Of a stretch of 64,000 nt of DNA, positions 39,730 to 48,245 are shown piece by piece; position 1 is the first letter of the stretch; the number at the start of each line of letters is the position of its first letter. A program made the position numbers and the translations under genes. Where the stretch lies: assembly GCA_043813585.1 (NCBI GenBank), contig JBDRKW010000005.1:3409-67408 (forward strand). Reading direction: 5' to 3'. The DNA comes from Candidatus Kerfeldbacteria bacterium. Lineage in GTDB: Bacteria; Patescibacteriota; Patescibacteriia; UBA9570; XYC2-FULL-38-9. The notes below the pieces were generated by a model that searched no databases, had not been told where the DNA came from, and saw nothing but the letters and a program-made list of their open reading frames with translations.

Positions 39730-40869
39730 TTATTTTGCTGATGTGGATCGGAGCTTTTGTAGGATGATGTCTGCCACCTGTTCAACCGTATGGTCGTGGT
39801 TATAGGTAAAGTGGATGAAATGTTCAGTGCCTTCCGGATTGAATTCGGAAAACAGGTCGATCGCGTTCGTGTACGGCGCAGTGCTCACAATCGCCTTCAC
39901 TTCGTTCGGGTTGACATTGTATACGATAAAGACGTTGCGCGCCTCCCGCGAGTTGATGATCAGCTCGTCAATTACGTCTGACAGGTCGTCTTCTGTGGCG
40001 CCGACCGATTCAAAGTCCTTGCGCGTAAGCCGCGACCAGACGATCTTGTGTTCCGTATCCACTTCCAGCGTCGTGAGCACCCGTCCCCAGAGCTTCAGCG
40101 TTGAAATCTTCTTGGACTGGTAGAGGTGCTTGACGATATCCTCGCGCCGCGCCCCCTGGGAGATCAGGTGCGATGCAATGGAAAGGGAGCGGGGAGTAAC
40201 CGAACCGGACTGGAAGCTCTTCGTCTTGCTGATCATGCCGGTCAGCAGGTTGGTGGCAATATATTCATCGAGAATGTTATCGCCCCAGTCCTTCACCAGC
40301 TCAAACAGGATCTCCGAACACGAAGTCGCCGTTACGTTGATCAGGTTCACCTGGCCGAAATGGTCGTTGGCCGGGCTCTGGTCGATATTGATCAGCGGCG
40401 TGTGGTAAAAGAAGTCGGCGTTCATCTCGTAGATGCGGCCGAGCGCATCCAGGTCCTGGGCGTCGATCACGATAATCAGGTCAAACGCGTAATCTCCGCT
40501 TGTGGTGGAAACGTCGTTCTGCGTGAAGAACCCGTCCTTGGGCGAGACATAGACGTTCAGCTTGTCGTCTTCAATCGTATACGAAAGGTCCTCAACGCTT
40601 TTGTTTGAGATATCAAGAGAGATAATAAACTTGCGCAGCGCGGTCAGGTCGTCAAAAATCTCGTTGCTCTTGGGCAGGAACGCATGCGTGGCCGGCAGCT
40701 GGAATCCGGACGAAACCACCCGGCCTTTTTTGCCAAGCTTTTCAATAACAGACAATACGGCAAGGCCTGATGCGATCGCATCAGTGGTCGGTTTTTCGGG
40801 AAGGCAAACAAGCACAGATGCGCTCTGCTTGATCATCTCCAGAATCTGGTCTTCTTTGGCTGATTTCAT
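39730..40869 (-). CDS. DHH-family phosphoesterase-like protein (motifs degenerate)
   Basis: Start ATG 40869; DAIASGLA, DLIIVID, INIDQS (DHH position), SCSEIL, ATNLLTG. Confidence 0.8.
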   Translation of the reverse strand: MKSAKEDQILEMIKQSASVLVCLPEKPTTDAIASGLAVLSVIEKLGKKGRVVSSGFQLPATHAFLPKSNEIFDDLTALRKFIISLDISNKSVEDLSYTIEDDKLNVYVSPKDGFFTQNDVSTTSGDYAFDLIIVIDAQDLDALGRIYEMNADFFYHTPLINIDQSPANDHFGQVNLINVTATSCSEILFELVKDWGDNILDEYIATNLLTGMISKTKSFQSGSVTPRSLSIASHLISQGARREDIVKHLYQSKKISTLKLWGRVLTTLEVDTEHKIVWSRLTRKDFESVGATEDDLSDVIDELIINSREARNVFIVYNVNPNEVKAIVSTAPYTNAIDLFSEFNPEGTEHFIHFTYNHDHTVEQVADIILQKLRSTSAK

Positions 40870-41113
40870 AGGATTAAACGATATCATGCGTGAACGCGCA
40901 TGACTGTTCATACTACGTTGCGTGCAGACCATTGTCAAGGAGTAAAGGTGCAGAAAAAGAGGATAGGCATCAATGCCGGGAATGTGGCGAATATTAGCGC
41001 CTATGAGGCATTTTAAGCTGCGGTTCTTCCTTGACAGGCGCAGCAAAGAACTGTTTAATGTGTGCATCATTTTGATCTTCGCACAAAGCGCAAGAAGGAG
41101 GACGAAGAAGCTC

Positions 41114-41662
41114 ATGTTACCAGCAGTTACAGCAGATGTTGATGCTCCCTCAGTGCTGTTGGCCGTAGCCATGGTTAAGCATGCAGAACGGACGTTCGGC
41201 GGAGCCGTGGACCGGTTCATGCCGCACGACAGCGTCGTATTGGTGCGCGGGCAGGCCGTCAGCTTGTCCGGGCAGATCCCGCACCTGGAGAATTGTCCGG
41301 CGGCGCAGCTCCGGCAGCATGACGTGGTTCGCCGCGCCTGCCGCCTGCTCCAGGCGACCCAGCTCTGCGTCAAGATGACGCGTCAGACCGGGCGCGAGGT
41401 TCCGCGCGAGTTCTTCGACCTGAAGAGCGCCTTGCTCTCGTTCCTGCTCATGGCGTACCATCGGCGCAGGACGGACGGCCTGTTCATCTACCTCGGGATG
41501 GACGACGACATCACCAACTGCATGGCGGTTGGCGTCTACTGTCCGAGTGCGATCAAGACCCACCAGTGGTACCACTGGCCGTGTTCCGCAGTGACCCCGC
41601 AGGTCATCGTGACCATCGCCAGCCAGTACGGAAGCTGGCCGATCAAGGTCAACATGAACTAG
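41114..41662 (+). CDS. Hypothetical protein (GC-rich orphan)
   Basis: TTGACA(41031)-17-TTTAAT promoter; AAGGAGGA SD; GC3 bias; CTTC-T8 at 41717-41728. Confidence 0.6.
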   Translation: MLPAVTADVDAPSVLLAVAMVKHAERTFGGAVDRFMPHDSVVLVRGQAVSLSGQIPHLENCPAAQLRQHDVVRRACRLLQATQLCVKMTRQTGREVPREFFDLKSALLSFLLMAYHRRRTDGLFIYLGMDDDITNCMAVGVYCPSAIKTHQWYHWPCSAVTPQVIVTIASQYGSWPIKVNMN

Positions 41663-41726
41663 GCGTCAGGAGTCAGGCGCCAAAAAAAGGAGATGGGTTG
41701 TCGATTACCGGCATCCCTTCTTTTTT

Positions 41727-42878
41727 TTACGCAACCCAGAGGCTCATGGAATACGCGACGACTCCTATCATTTGCAGCATAATGAATGACCATTGGATGA
41801 ACCGGAACGCAAATTCCCGGTTCTTGAGCCAGCGCGCCAATGCGATGAACAGCGGAAACAGCAGCAGCATGTAGCGGGGGAAGGATGACAGGTCGCCGGA
41901 GAGCGCCGTCACCAGGCCCAGCAGGAGTGTGAATATAAAAAGCGACCGTTTAGTATATTTGTACACAAGAGGAAGCCCGGCAAGAAATCCGATAAAGAAT
42001 ACCCGGTCAATAATGCTGGTGTTAAGAGCATGAAACGACGGTTCCAGATGGATGAAGTTGCGCGTGATCCAGTCAACCGGATGAAGCAGATTTTCAATGC
42101 TGTAATTCGTGTAGAAAAAGCCCTGCGCCATAAAGCCGGAAAAGGCCGAGCCGGTTGAAAAGTGCATGATGCAAAGATATGCGGCAACGCCGCCGGCAAA
42201 CGCGGTAATGATCATGGCAGAACGCATCAATTTTCCGCGCTTCCACCGCACGAGCGAGCGGTACAAGAGCGGGACAGCTGTAAAGACGCCCTGGGGCCTG
42301 GTGAGCGGCAGGAGGAACATCGCAAGATAGGACTTCCACGCATCCTTATGACCCAAAAAATAAAAGGACGCGAGCACCAACAGGATGAAAAGGGATTCCG
42401 TATATACCAAATGGAGGTAGAACGCGGTCGGGAACGCCATGAACAGCAGCCCGGCAAGCATCGCAACCCGGTCGCCATAGGCGCGCCGGGCAAGCAGGAA
42501 CAGCATAGCCACGGCCGCAAAGGAGAAGACGGTTGAAAGAAGCAGGCCTGTAATAAGCGTATGGTTGAATGTGAGTACATTCAGCAGGCGGATCAGCAGC
42601 GGGTACAGCGGATAGAATGCATTGCTGATGTGGCCGGCCGAATACCATTCTTGCGCCAGGTAGATATAGTGCTGCGCATCCCAGGTGGAGAACGCAGTTG
42701 CCAGCGTTGGGGTTGATTCTTCCGGCCAGTGGAAGTTTGCATTGAATTCCACCTCGCGAATCCCGTACGTAGAAAATGTGATCACGACCAACAAAAAAAT
42801 AATTGCCTTGTAGCTTGCGCAGGCAATGAGCAATCGCGCCAGCGGCCGGTCATGCAGAATAGGCATTAGGAATTTCAT
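41727..42878 (-). CDS. GT-C mannosyltransferase (PIG-V-like)
   Basis: WDAQHY..LA..Y, AFYPLYP, YTESLF, TRPQG, RY. Confidence 0.88.
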   Translation of the reverse strand: MKFLMPILHDRPLARLLIACASYKAIIFLLVVITFSTYGIREVEFNANFHWPEESTPTLATAFSTWDAQHYIYLAQEWYSAGHISNAFYPLYPLLIRLLNVLTFNHTLITGLLLSTVFSFAAVAMLFLLARRAYGDRVAMLAGLLFMAFPTAFYLHLVYTESLFILLVLASFYFLGHKDAWKSYLAMFLLPLTRPQGVFTAVPLLYRSLVRWKRGKLMRSAMIITAFAGGVAAYLCIMHFSTGSAFSGFMAQGFFYTNYSIENLLHPVDWITRNFIHLEPSFHALNTSIIDRVFFIGFLAGLPLVYKYTKRSLFIFTLLLGLVTALSGDLSSFPRYMLLLFPLFIALARWLKNREFAFRFIQWSFIMLQMIGVVAYSMSLWVA

Positions 42879-42951
42879 GCTATTGATTATACTTGAAGGA
42901 CGCTATTAATAAAATTGACATTTATACCTATTTAAGGTATACTATGAATAT

Positions 42952-43689
42952 ATGTTTGAGTTTTTGTACTACGATCTCCTCTACGAGCCGCTGTATAACG
43001 CTCTGATTTTTTTGTACACCATTTCGCCCGGCAAAGACATGGGCATGGCGGTTATTTTCCTTACCCTCGCCATCCGGCTGATGTTGCTGCCGTTCTCTAT
43101 CCGGGGCGCGCGCTCTGAATACCGCTTGGATAGAATCCGTCCGCAGATCGAAAAGCTCACGAAAAAATACAAACATAATATCCAGAAGCAGCGCGACGCG
43201 ATTAAAGAGCTGCTAAGCAAGAATAAGATCGGCGTCTTTTCAAATTTCTTCTCACTCCTGTTCCAGTTGTTCTTCCTCATCGTGTTGTATTCGATTTTTT
43301 CTTCCGGCCTGCAGCCGATCGGGCACAATATCCTCTATGTGTTCAACCTTGATCCGGGCGTAATTGATCCAAGCTTTTTCAACTGGTTTAACCTTATTGT
43401 ACCGAACCAAACAGCTTCACTAATCTGTGCTGCTGTGGTATTCTTGCAACAGGCATTGAAGCGCGCAAAGGGCATTGGCAGCGCGTCTGCAATTGATAAA
43501 GCGCTTCTGTTCGGACTGCCGATCGGTACCTATCTGGCAACGATCGTTCTGCCGTCCGGCAAAGCGGTGTTCCTGACCACGTCGGTGCTGTTCTCGCTAT
43601 GGATCAAGCTGATCAAATGGATCGTGATGAAATACATGGTTAAAGATGAAGAATTAAAAGAGAACGTTCAAAACCTATGGACAAATTAA
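42952..43689 (+). CDS. YidC/Oxa1 family membrane insertase-like protein
   Basis: Y.PLYNAL, G.AVI.LT..IRL.LLP, P.I..L..KYK coiled region. Confidence 0.8.
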   Translation: MFEFLYYDLLYEPLYNALIFLYTISPGKDMGMAVIFLTLAIRLMLLPFSIRGARSEYRLDRIRPQIEKLTKKYKHNIQKQRDAIKELLSKNKIGVFSNFFSLLFQLFFLIVLYSIFSSGLQPIGHNILYVFNLDPGVIDPSFFNWFNLIVPNQTASLICAAVVFLQQALKRAKGIGSASAIDKALLFGLPIGTYLATIVLPSGKAVFLTTSVLFSLWIKLIKWIVMKYMVKDEELKENVQNLWTN

Positions 43690-44225
43690 TCATATCGATC
43701 GCAATTGAGGACATACTGTTCGGCATGTTTGTATCTGTGCCGCCGGGATATGTTGCCTGCATCTACAGCCACGGCAAAGGCGTGCTGCTGAAAGTATTGC
43801 GCCCGGGCCTTCACCTTAAGATGCCGTTCTGGCACAAGGCCAAGCTGTTCAACACGCAGGTGCAGGAATACCAGATTCGGCAGGGTTTTGATATTGAAGA
43901 AAGCGAACTCGGCGACGCTGAGATTGTCGTGCCGACGACTGACGGAAAGAATGTCGGGCTTGAAATGACCGTGCTGTTCCACATCGATCCGGACAACGCG
44001 ACCCAGCTGTGGCAGAGCATCGGCGACAATTATATTGAAAAGGTCATCCGGCCGACGATTCGTTCGCGCGTGCGCACGGTCGGCTCCGAATATACCGCAA
44101 ACGACTTTTTTACGAACAAGCGCGCGGAGATCGAACGGCGCGTCCACCACGAACTGGTCACCTCGCTGTCTGCAAAAGGCATCGTCATCGTTGATGTCCT
44201 GCTCGGAAGCATTACCCCAAAGTAA
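43677..44225 (+). CDS. SPFH/Band 7 (prohibitin-like) protein
   Basis: VPPG, PGLHLKMPF, T.DG, RP.IRS.VR. Confidence 0.88.
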   Translation: MDKLIISIAIEDILFGMFVSVPPGYVACIYSHGKGVLLKVLRPGLHLKMPFWHKAKLFNTQVQEYQIRQGFDIEESELGDAEIVVPTTDGKNVGLEMTVLFHIDPDNATQLWQSIGDNYIEKVIRPTIRSRVRTVGSEYTANDFFTNKRAEIERRVHHELVTSLSAKGIVIVDVLLGSITPK

Positions 44226-44249
44226 TTTGTTCTTCGCAGAACATTTCTT

Positions 44250-46010
44250 ATGAGATATTTTGTCATACTCATTTTTAGCCTACTGATCCCGTCTGCGGTT
44301 TTTGCAGGTACGGCGGATAATTTTATTTATCCATTAGGCGTGTGGCAGGTGTCGACGCACCACGGCGATGAGTATGGCTCATACTACCATATGGGCATTG
44401 ATGCAGGGTTCGAACTGGGCTCGGGCGCGCCGGTCTATGCGGTGGCTGACGGCGTTGTGCGCGAGGCGGAAGTGCGGACGCAGTTCGGGTTGGTCGTGTT
44501 GGTGGAGCATACGCTGCCTGGCGGGAAGCGGATTGTTTCATTGTACGGGCACCTTGACCCGTCCGATATTCCTGCGCCGCCGGGAACGCAGGTAACGGCA
44601 GGACAGCGGCTCGGATCGCTCGGCGACAGCACAGTCAACGGCGGATGGTCGCCGCACATCCATTTTGGCATCCATAAATCAGAGTATACGGGCGTGTGGG
44701 TCTATTACGGACATGTTTCCGACCCGGCAACAGCCGATGATTGGTATGACCCGGAGACATATATCCCAAACCACCTGAACGCCGACAGCTGGAACCCGGA
44801 CGTTTCATTTGACCTGGACGACGGGGAAATTTTAGACGACAGCCTGAATATCAAGGCGTATGTGACAGACATCGGCAGCGGCGTGGACTATGTCCAGCTG
44901 AAGATCAGCGATGACGGCCAGCAAACCTGGAAGACGCTTGTGGAAGACAGCGGCACGCACGACTATCCGTATTACCTGTATACCTCGCTTTCGGCCGTAG
45001 AAGACGGTGACGTGTACGTGCGCGTCAACGCAAAGGACGAATTCGGCAATGTAGAGATGAAAACCGTGAAGATGGTCAAGAAAGAAGACGCGTACACCAC
45101 GCGGCATTTCGCTTCCATAAAGGGGAAACCGAGCAGCGGCCTGGTGAAGACGTGGTTCCAGGCCGGAAATAAGGACAAGAAGTTTTATCCATACAAGAAA
45201 AAATGGAAGAATAGCGGCGATGTTGCAGTGGGCGATGTCACCGGCAACGGCGTGAATAATATTATTACGGTAAAGAATGGAAAGAATCCTATTGTGAACG
45301 TGTTTTCGCGCAACGGCGAGCTGCAGAATTCGTTTAAGGCGTTCCCGTACGGCAAGCAGAAAGGCGCGCGGGTTGCGACCGGCGATATTGACGGCGACGG
45401 CGTGCAGGAGATTATTGTCGGGTCGGGCCGCGGCATGAAGGCGCGGGTGAAGGTCTTTGACCGGTTCGGAGTACTAATGCTGACCTTTGACGCATTCAAC
45501 GGCACGCATACCGGCGGGCTGGATGTTGCGGCAGGCGATGTAGACGGCGACGGTTTGGATGAGATTGTTGCAGGTGTTGCCGGCAGCGGCAAATCGAAGT
45601 TTGGCGTATTCGATGAGACCGGAGCGCAGCTGGAGGTGACGCGGGCATTCGGCAAGAAATATACCGGCGGCATAAATGTTGCAGTAGGGAATATTGATAA
45701 GGATGAAGGAGCCGAGATCATTGTCGGCACAAACGGCGGCAAGACAGGAACCGTGCGCGTGTTCGAATGGGAAGGTGAGTTAAAGAAGTACGATTACGAA
45801 CCGTTTGGTGACGATTTCACAGGACCGGTAGACGTTACCTGCGCCGATTGGGAGGGTGACGGCAAGGACGAAATCCTCATGAGCCAGGCCGGGGACGGCG
45901 AAGCGTGGGTGAAGACATACCGCTACGGTCCGTCGCGAACCGTATTGGCTACAGAGCGCGTGTACAAGGAAGGGTTTGAAGGCGGTGCCAGGATTGACGG
46001 CTGGCGGTAA
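44250..46010 (+). CDS. M23 peptidase with FG-GAP/VCBS repeats
   Basis: HMGID, YGHL, PHIHF; repeated VA.GD.DGDG..EII.G. Confidence 0.9.
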   Translation: MRYFVILIFSLLIPSAVFAGTADNFIYPLGVWQVSTHHGDEYGSYYHMGIDAGFELGSGAPVYAVADGVVREAEVRTQFGLVVLVEHTLPGGKRIVSLYGHLDPSDIPAPPGTQVTAGQRLGSLGDSTVNGGWSPHIHFGIHKSEYTGVWVYYGHVSDPATADDWYDPETYIPNHLNADSWNPDVSFDLDDGEILDDSLNIKAYVTDIGSGVDYVQLKISDDGQQTWKTLVEDSGTHDYPYYLYTSLSAVEDGDVYVRVNAKDEFGNVEMKTVKMVKKEDAYTTRHFASIKGKPSSGLVKTWFQAGNKDKKFYPYKKKWKNSGDVAVGDVTGNGVNNIITVKNGKNPIVNVFSRNGELQNSFKAFPYGKQKGARVATGDIDGDGVQEIIVGSGRGMKARVKVFDRFGVLMLTFDAFNGTHTGGLDVAAGDVDGDGLDEIVAGVAGSGKSKFGVFDETGAQLEVTRAFGKKYTGGINVAVGNIDKDEGAEIIVGTNGGKTGTVRVFEWEGELKKYDYEPFGDDFTGPVDVTCADWEGDGKDEILMSQAGDGEAWVKTYRYGPSRTVLATERVYKEGFEGGARIDGWR

Positions 46011-46050
46011 ATTGCCTATACTTTTTTTCGTGTCCGAAACAGGGCACTAC

Positions 46051-46124
46051 GACAGGGTAGCTCAGCTGGTTAGAGCACGGGACTCATAAGCCCGGGGTCG
46101 AGAGTTCGAATCTCTCCCCTGTCA
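46051..46124 (+). tRNA. tRNA with CAT anticodon (elongator Met or Ile2)
   Basis: GACAGGG/CCCTGTC acceptor; TAGCTCAGCTGGTTAGAGC; CTCATAA loop; GTTCGAATC. Confidence 0.93.
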
Positions 46125-46249
46125 CATTACTAAAAAAAAGAACCTGCGGCCGCACCCTTCACATTGGCGTGAGGGGCGGGAGTTGCCACGCAAAGAGCGC
46201 AGCCGCAGGATCGGGAGGCCTCGTCCGCCAGTCGGGGACGGGCCAATTC

Positions 46250-46642
46250 TCAGTTCAGGCAGTACCTCTCGTACGCCTTGTTGTCTTCCTCGTGGTCGTA
46301 GAGGCCCTCGTCGTAGTACTGTGCCTCGTACCCGCACCGCAGCTCGCAGATGTCGTTCCAGTAGAGCTGGCAGTAGTCGTCCCACACCAGCTCCGGGTTG
46401 CCCATGGCGTCGGTGCCAGAGCACTCGAACACCTCGTACACGGCGGGGTCGTAATCGTCCCGGTCGTAGGTGGCCGGAACCCCGTCGTCGTCGATGTCGA
46501 CCTGGTCGCACACCAGACCGTTGGCCTGCCCGATCTCGCACGGGAAGTACCAACTGTCCTGGTCGCAGGGGTTCAGTGTTGCCGGGCCGCAGCCGAGCGA
46601 AGCCTGCATCAGCAGAAGCGCGAAAGCAATAAGCTGCCGCAT
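46250..46642 (-). CDS. Cys/Asp-rich putative lipoprotein with MopE-like metal-binding motif (GC-rich orphan)
   Basis: Signal peptide ending SLG-C; DIDDDG....DRDD.DPAVY; AGGAGGA SD; TTGACA-17-TACGTT promoter. Confidence 0.7.
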   Translation of the reverse strand: MRQLIAFALLLMQASLGCGPATLNPCDQDSWYFPCEIGQANGLVCDQVDIDDDGVPATYDRDDYDPAVYEVFECSGTDAMGNPELVWDDYCQLYWNDICELRCGYEAQYYDEGLYDHEEDNKAYERYCLN

Positions 46643-46734
46643 GGTTTATCCTCCTGGTTGCAAAGACCTGGGCGTGCATTGCCGCATGCACCGCACCCGC
46701 TTTTTGACTGTGACGCGGCTGGGTAACGTATGAT

Positions 46735-46768
46735 AAAAAAGCCGCGCTGTCAAGGCGCGGCTTTTTTT
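46735..46768. terminator. Bidirectional terminator whose loop carries the -35 box of the downstream orphan
   Basis: A6GCCGCGC-TGTCAAG-GCGCGGCT7. Confidence 0.8.
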
Positions 46769-46775
46769 CATCTCG

Positions 46776-47951
46776 TTATTTTTTCCCTCCAAGCGGTTCC
46801 TCCTCAATAAGTTCATAGTCCTGGTACCAGCCCTTCATGTCAGATTTCTCGCCCCTTGGAAGGCGGCGGAAGCGTTTTCTCGTGCTTTCCCTAAAACTCT
46901 CTTCAGTTACAAATGAATCCAGATCGTCATCACCTTTATATTCATATTCAATCCTATAGCTGCGTTCGCCGTTAAAGGTGCGTTCAGATTTGGTCACGCG
47001 GCCTGCCGCATCGTGCATATACCTGTACTGGTCATCAATGGTATGATCGCCGGTTGTATCTATTTCCCTCTTATACGTTACCCGGCCACCGCTGTCATAC
47101 TCCCATTGTTTCTGAACCCTTTTCCTCTCTTTTTTTGTTTGACTCTCAAGTGTTCCGTCAGGGCCTCGCGTCTGCAGGACTTCAACGTACGCGGTGTCAT
47201 GTTTGACCGGCCGGCCGTATTCACTATTTTTATCTTCCTTGATAATGCCGGTTACTTCCCTGTCCGGGTTTTCTTTCATTGATTCCCGGCCTTTGAATAA
47301 CGTGGTTTCAGCAGTCACGGTTGATTTGTCCGGATCCTCCGGATCGTAGGTGTACTTTGCCCGCGTTTCGAGCCGTTTACCTTCCATTTGGCCCAAATAG
47401 CTGAATTTGTCCTCTGCGACGCGCGACGTGAATTCTGTCGCCGGACGGTTTTTTTCATCATAGGAGATCTCCTTCACTGCCGTTTCCTGAAGCGATCCGT
47501 TTGAATATTTTTTTTCTATGGTCGCTTTTGGGAGCTGGCCCGGCTCAACCTGCTCGTACTGGTATTCCGTGTCTGTAAACATCCCTTCTCCTCCGACGGT
47601 GACTTCGCGCAACACAACGCCGTTCGGCGCCTCGCGCCGGTACTCCCTAACTTTGCCTGAGCCCGTTTCGAATGTTGTCCTGCTGACCCCTACCAACTTG
47701 CCGTCGACAACAGTCTGAACACGCTGTTCGCTGCTGATGGAGTCCATTTTCTGGTGCGTAATAATTTCTTGCGCAACGACCTTGCCACTTTTATCCGTAA
47801 CATCATTTGTTTCGTGTTTTTTTCCGCTAAGGAAATCAAACATCCGCGGCTGTTCAGGCGTGCCCGGTTTGACCTGGCCCTCCCGTTCATGCTTCGTGGG
47901 CGCCAGCGCGCTTGGAGGAAAGCTTTTCATTCTCGGCTCTCTTGTTGCCAT
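46776..47951 (-). CDS. Hypothetical protein with YD/RHS-like beta-hairpin repeats
   Basis: YDEKNRP, YTYD, EYDSGGRV, HDAAGRV; highly charged. Confidence 0.65.
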   Translation of the reverse strand: MATREPRMKSFPPSALAPTKHEREGQVKPGTPEQPRMFDFLSGKKHETNDVTDKSGKVVAQEIITHQKMDSISSEQRVQTVVDGKLVGVSRTTFETGSGKVREYRREAPNGVVLREVTVGGEGMFTDTEYQYEQVEPGQLPKATIEKKYSNGSLQETAVKEISYDEKNRPATEFTSRVAEDKFSYLGQMEGKRLETRAKYTYDPEDPDKSTVTAETTLFKGRESMKENPDREVTGIIKEDKNSEYGRPVKHDTAYVEVLQTRGPDGTLESQTKKERKRVQKQWEYDSGGRVTYKREIDTTGDHTIDDQYRYMHDAAGRVTKSERTFNGERSYRIEYEYKGDDDLDSFVTEESFRESTRKRFRRLPRGEKSDMKGWYQDYELIEEEPLGGKK

Positions 47952-47978
47952 ATAGTTGAATATTAAGATTAGGTGAAA

Positions 47979-48164
47979 TTAACCCTCCCTATTGATATAT
48001 CGGCAGATGCATTCTGACTGCGGGAGCAGGCACTCTGGGCATTGGGGAACCATGAGCATCCCGCAATTCGGACAGGCCGTCTCTTTTGCCGTCCCTTGAT
48101 AGCGGCAACTTAAACAGATAGTTGAAGTCGTTTCTTGTTTATTTGTTGCCGGCGTTGTTCGCAT
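47979..48164 (-). CDS. Small multi-CxxC zinc-ribbon protein
   Basis: CLSC, CPNC, CPEC, C.C; promoter TTGACT(48212)-17-TACAGT. Confidence 0.6.
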   Translation of the reverse strand: MRTTPATNKQETTSTICLSCRYQGTAKETACPNCGMLMVPQCPECLLPQSECICRYINREG

Positions 48165-48245
48165 TGATGCATTGTACTTATTTACTGTACCAAAAAAGCA
48201 GGTAAAAGTCAAGAATTACCCGTAAAAAATGAGGCCTAGCTTATG

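Noticed and set aside
39730-41373. 547-aa ORF-track version of the DHH gene, and similar N-terminal extensions (9066, 13166, 20062, 9950)
   Set aside because: The extensions cross promoters or other genes; downstream starts fit better
46051-46124. Initiator tRNA-fMet
   Set aside because: The 1-72 pair is Watson-Crick, and the three G-C pairs are not at positions 29-31
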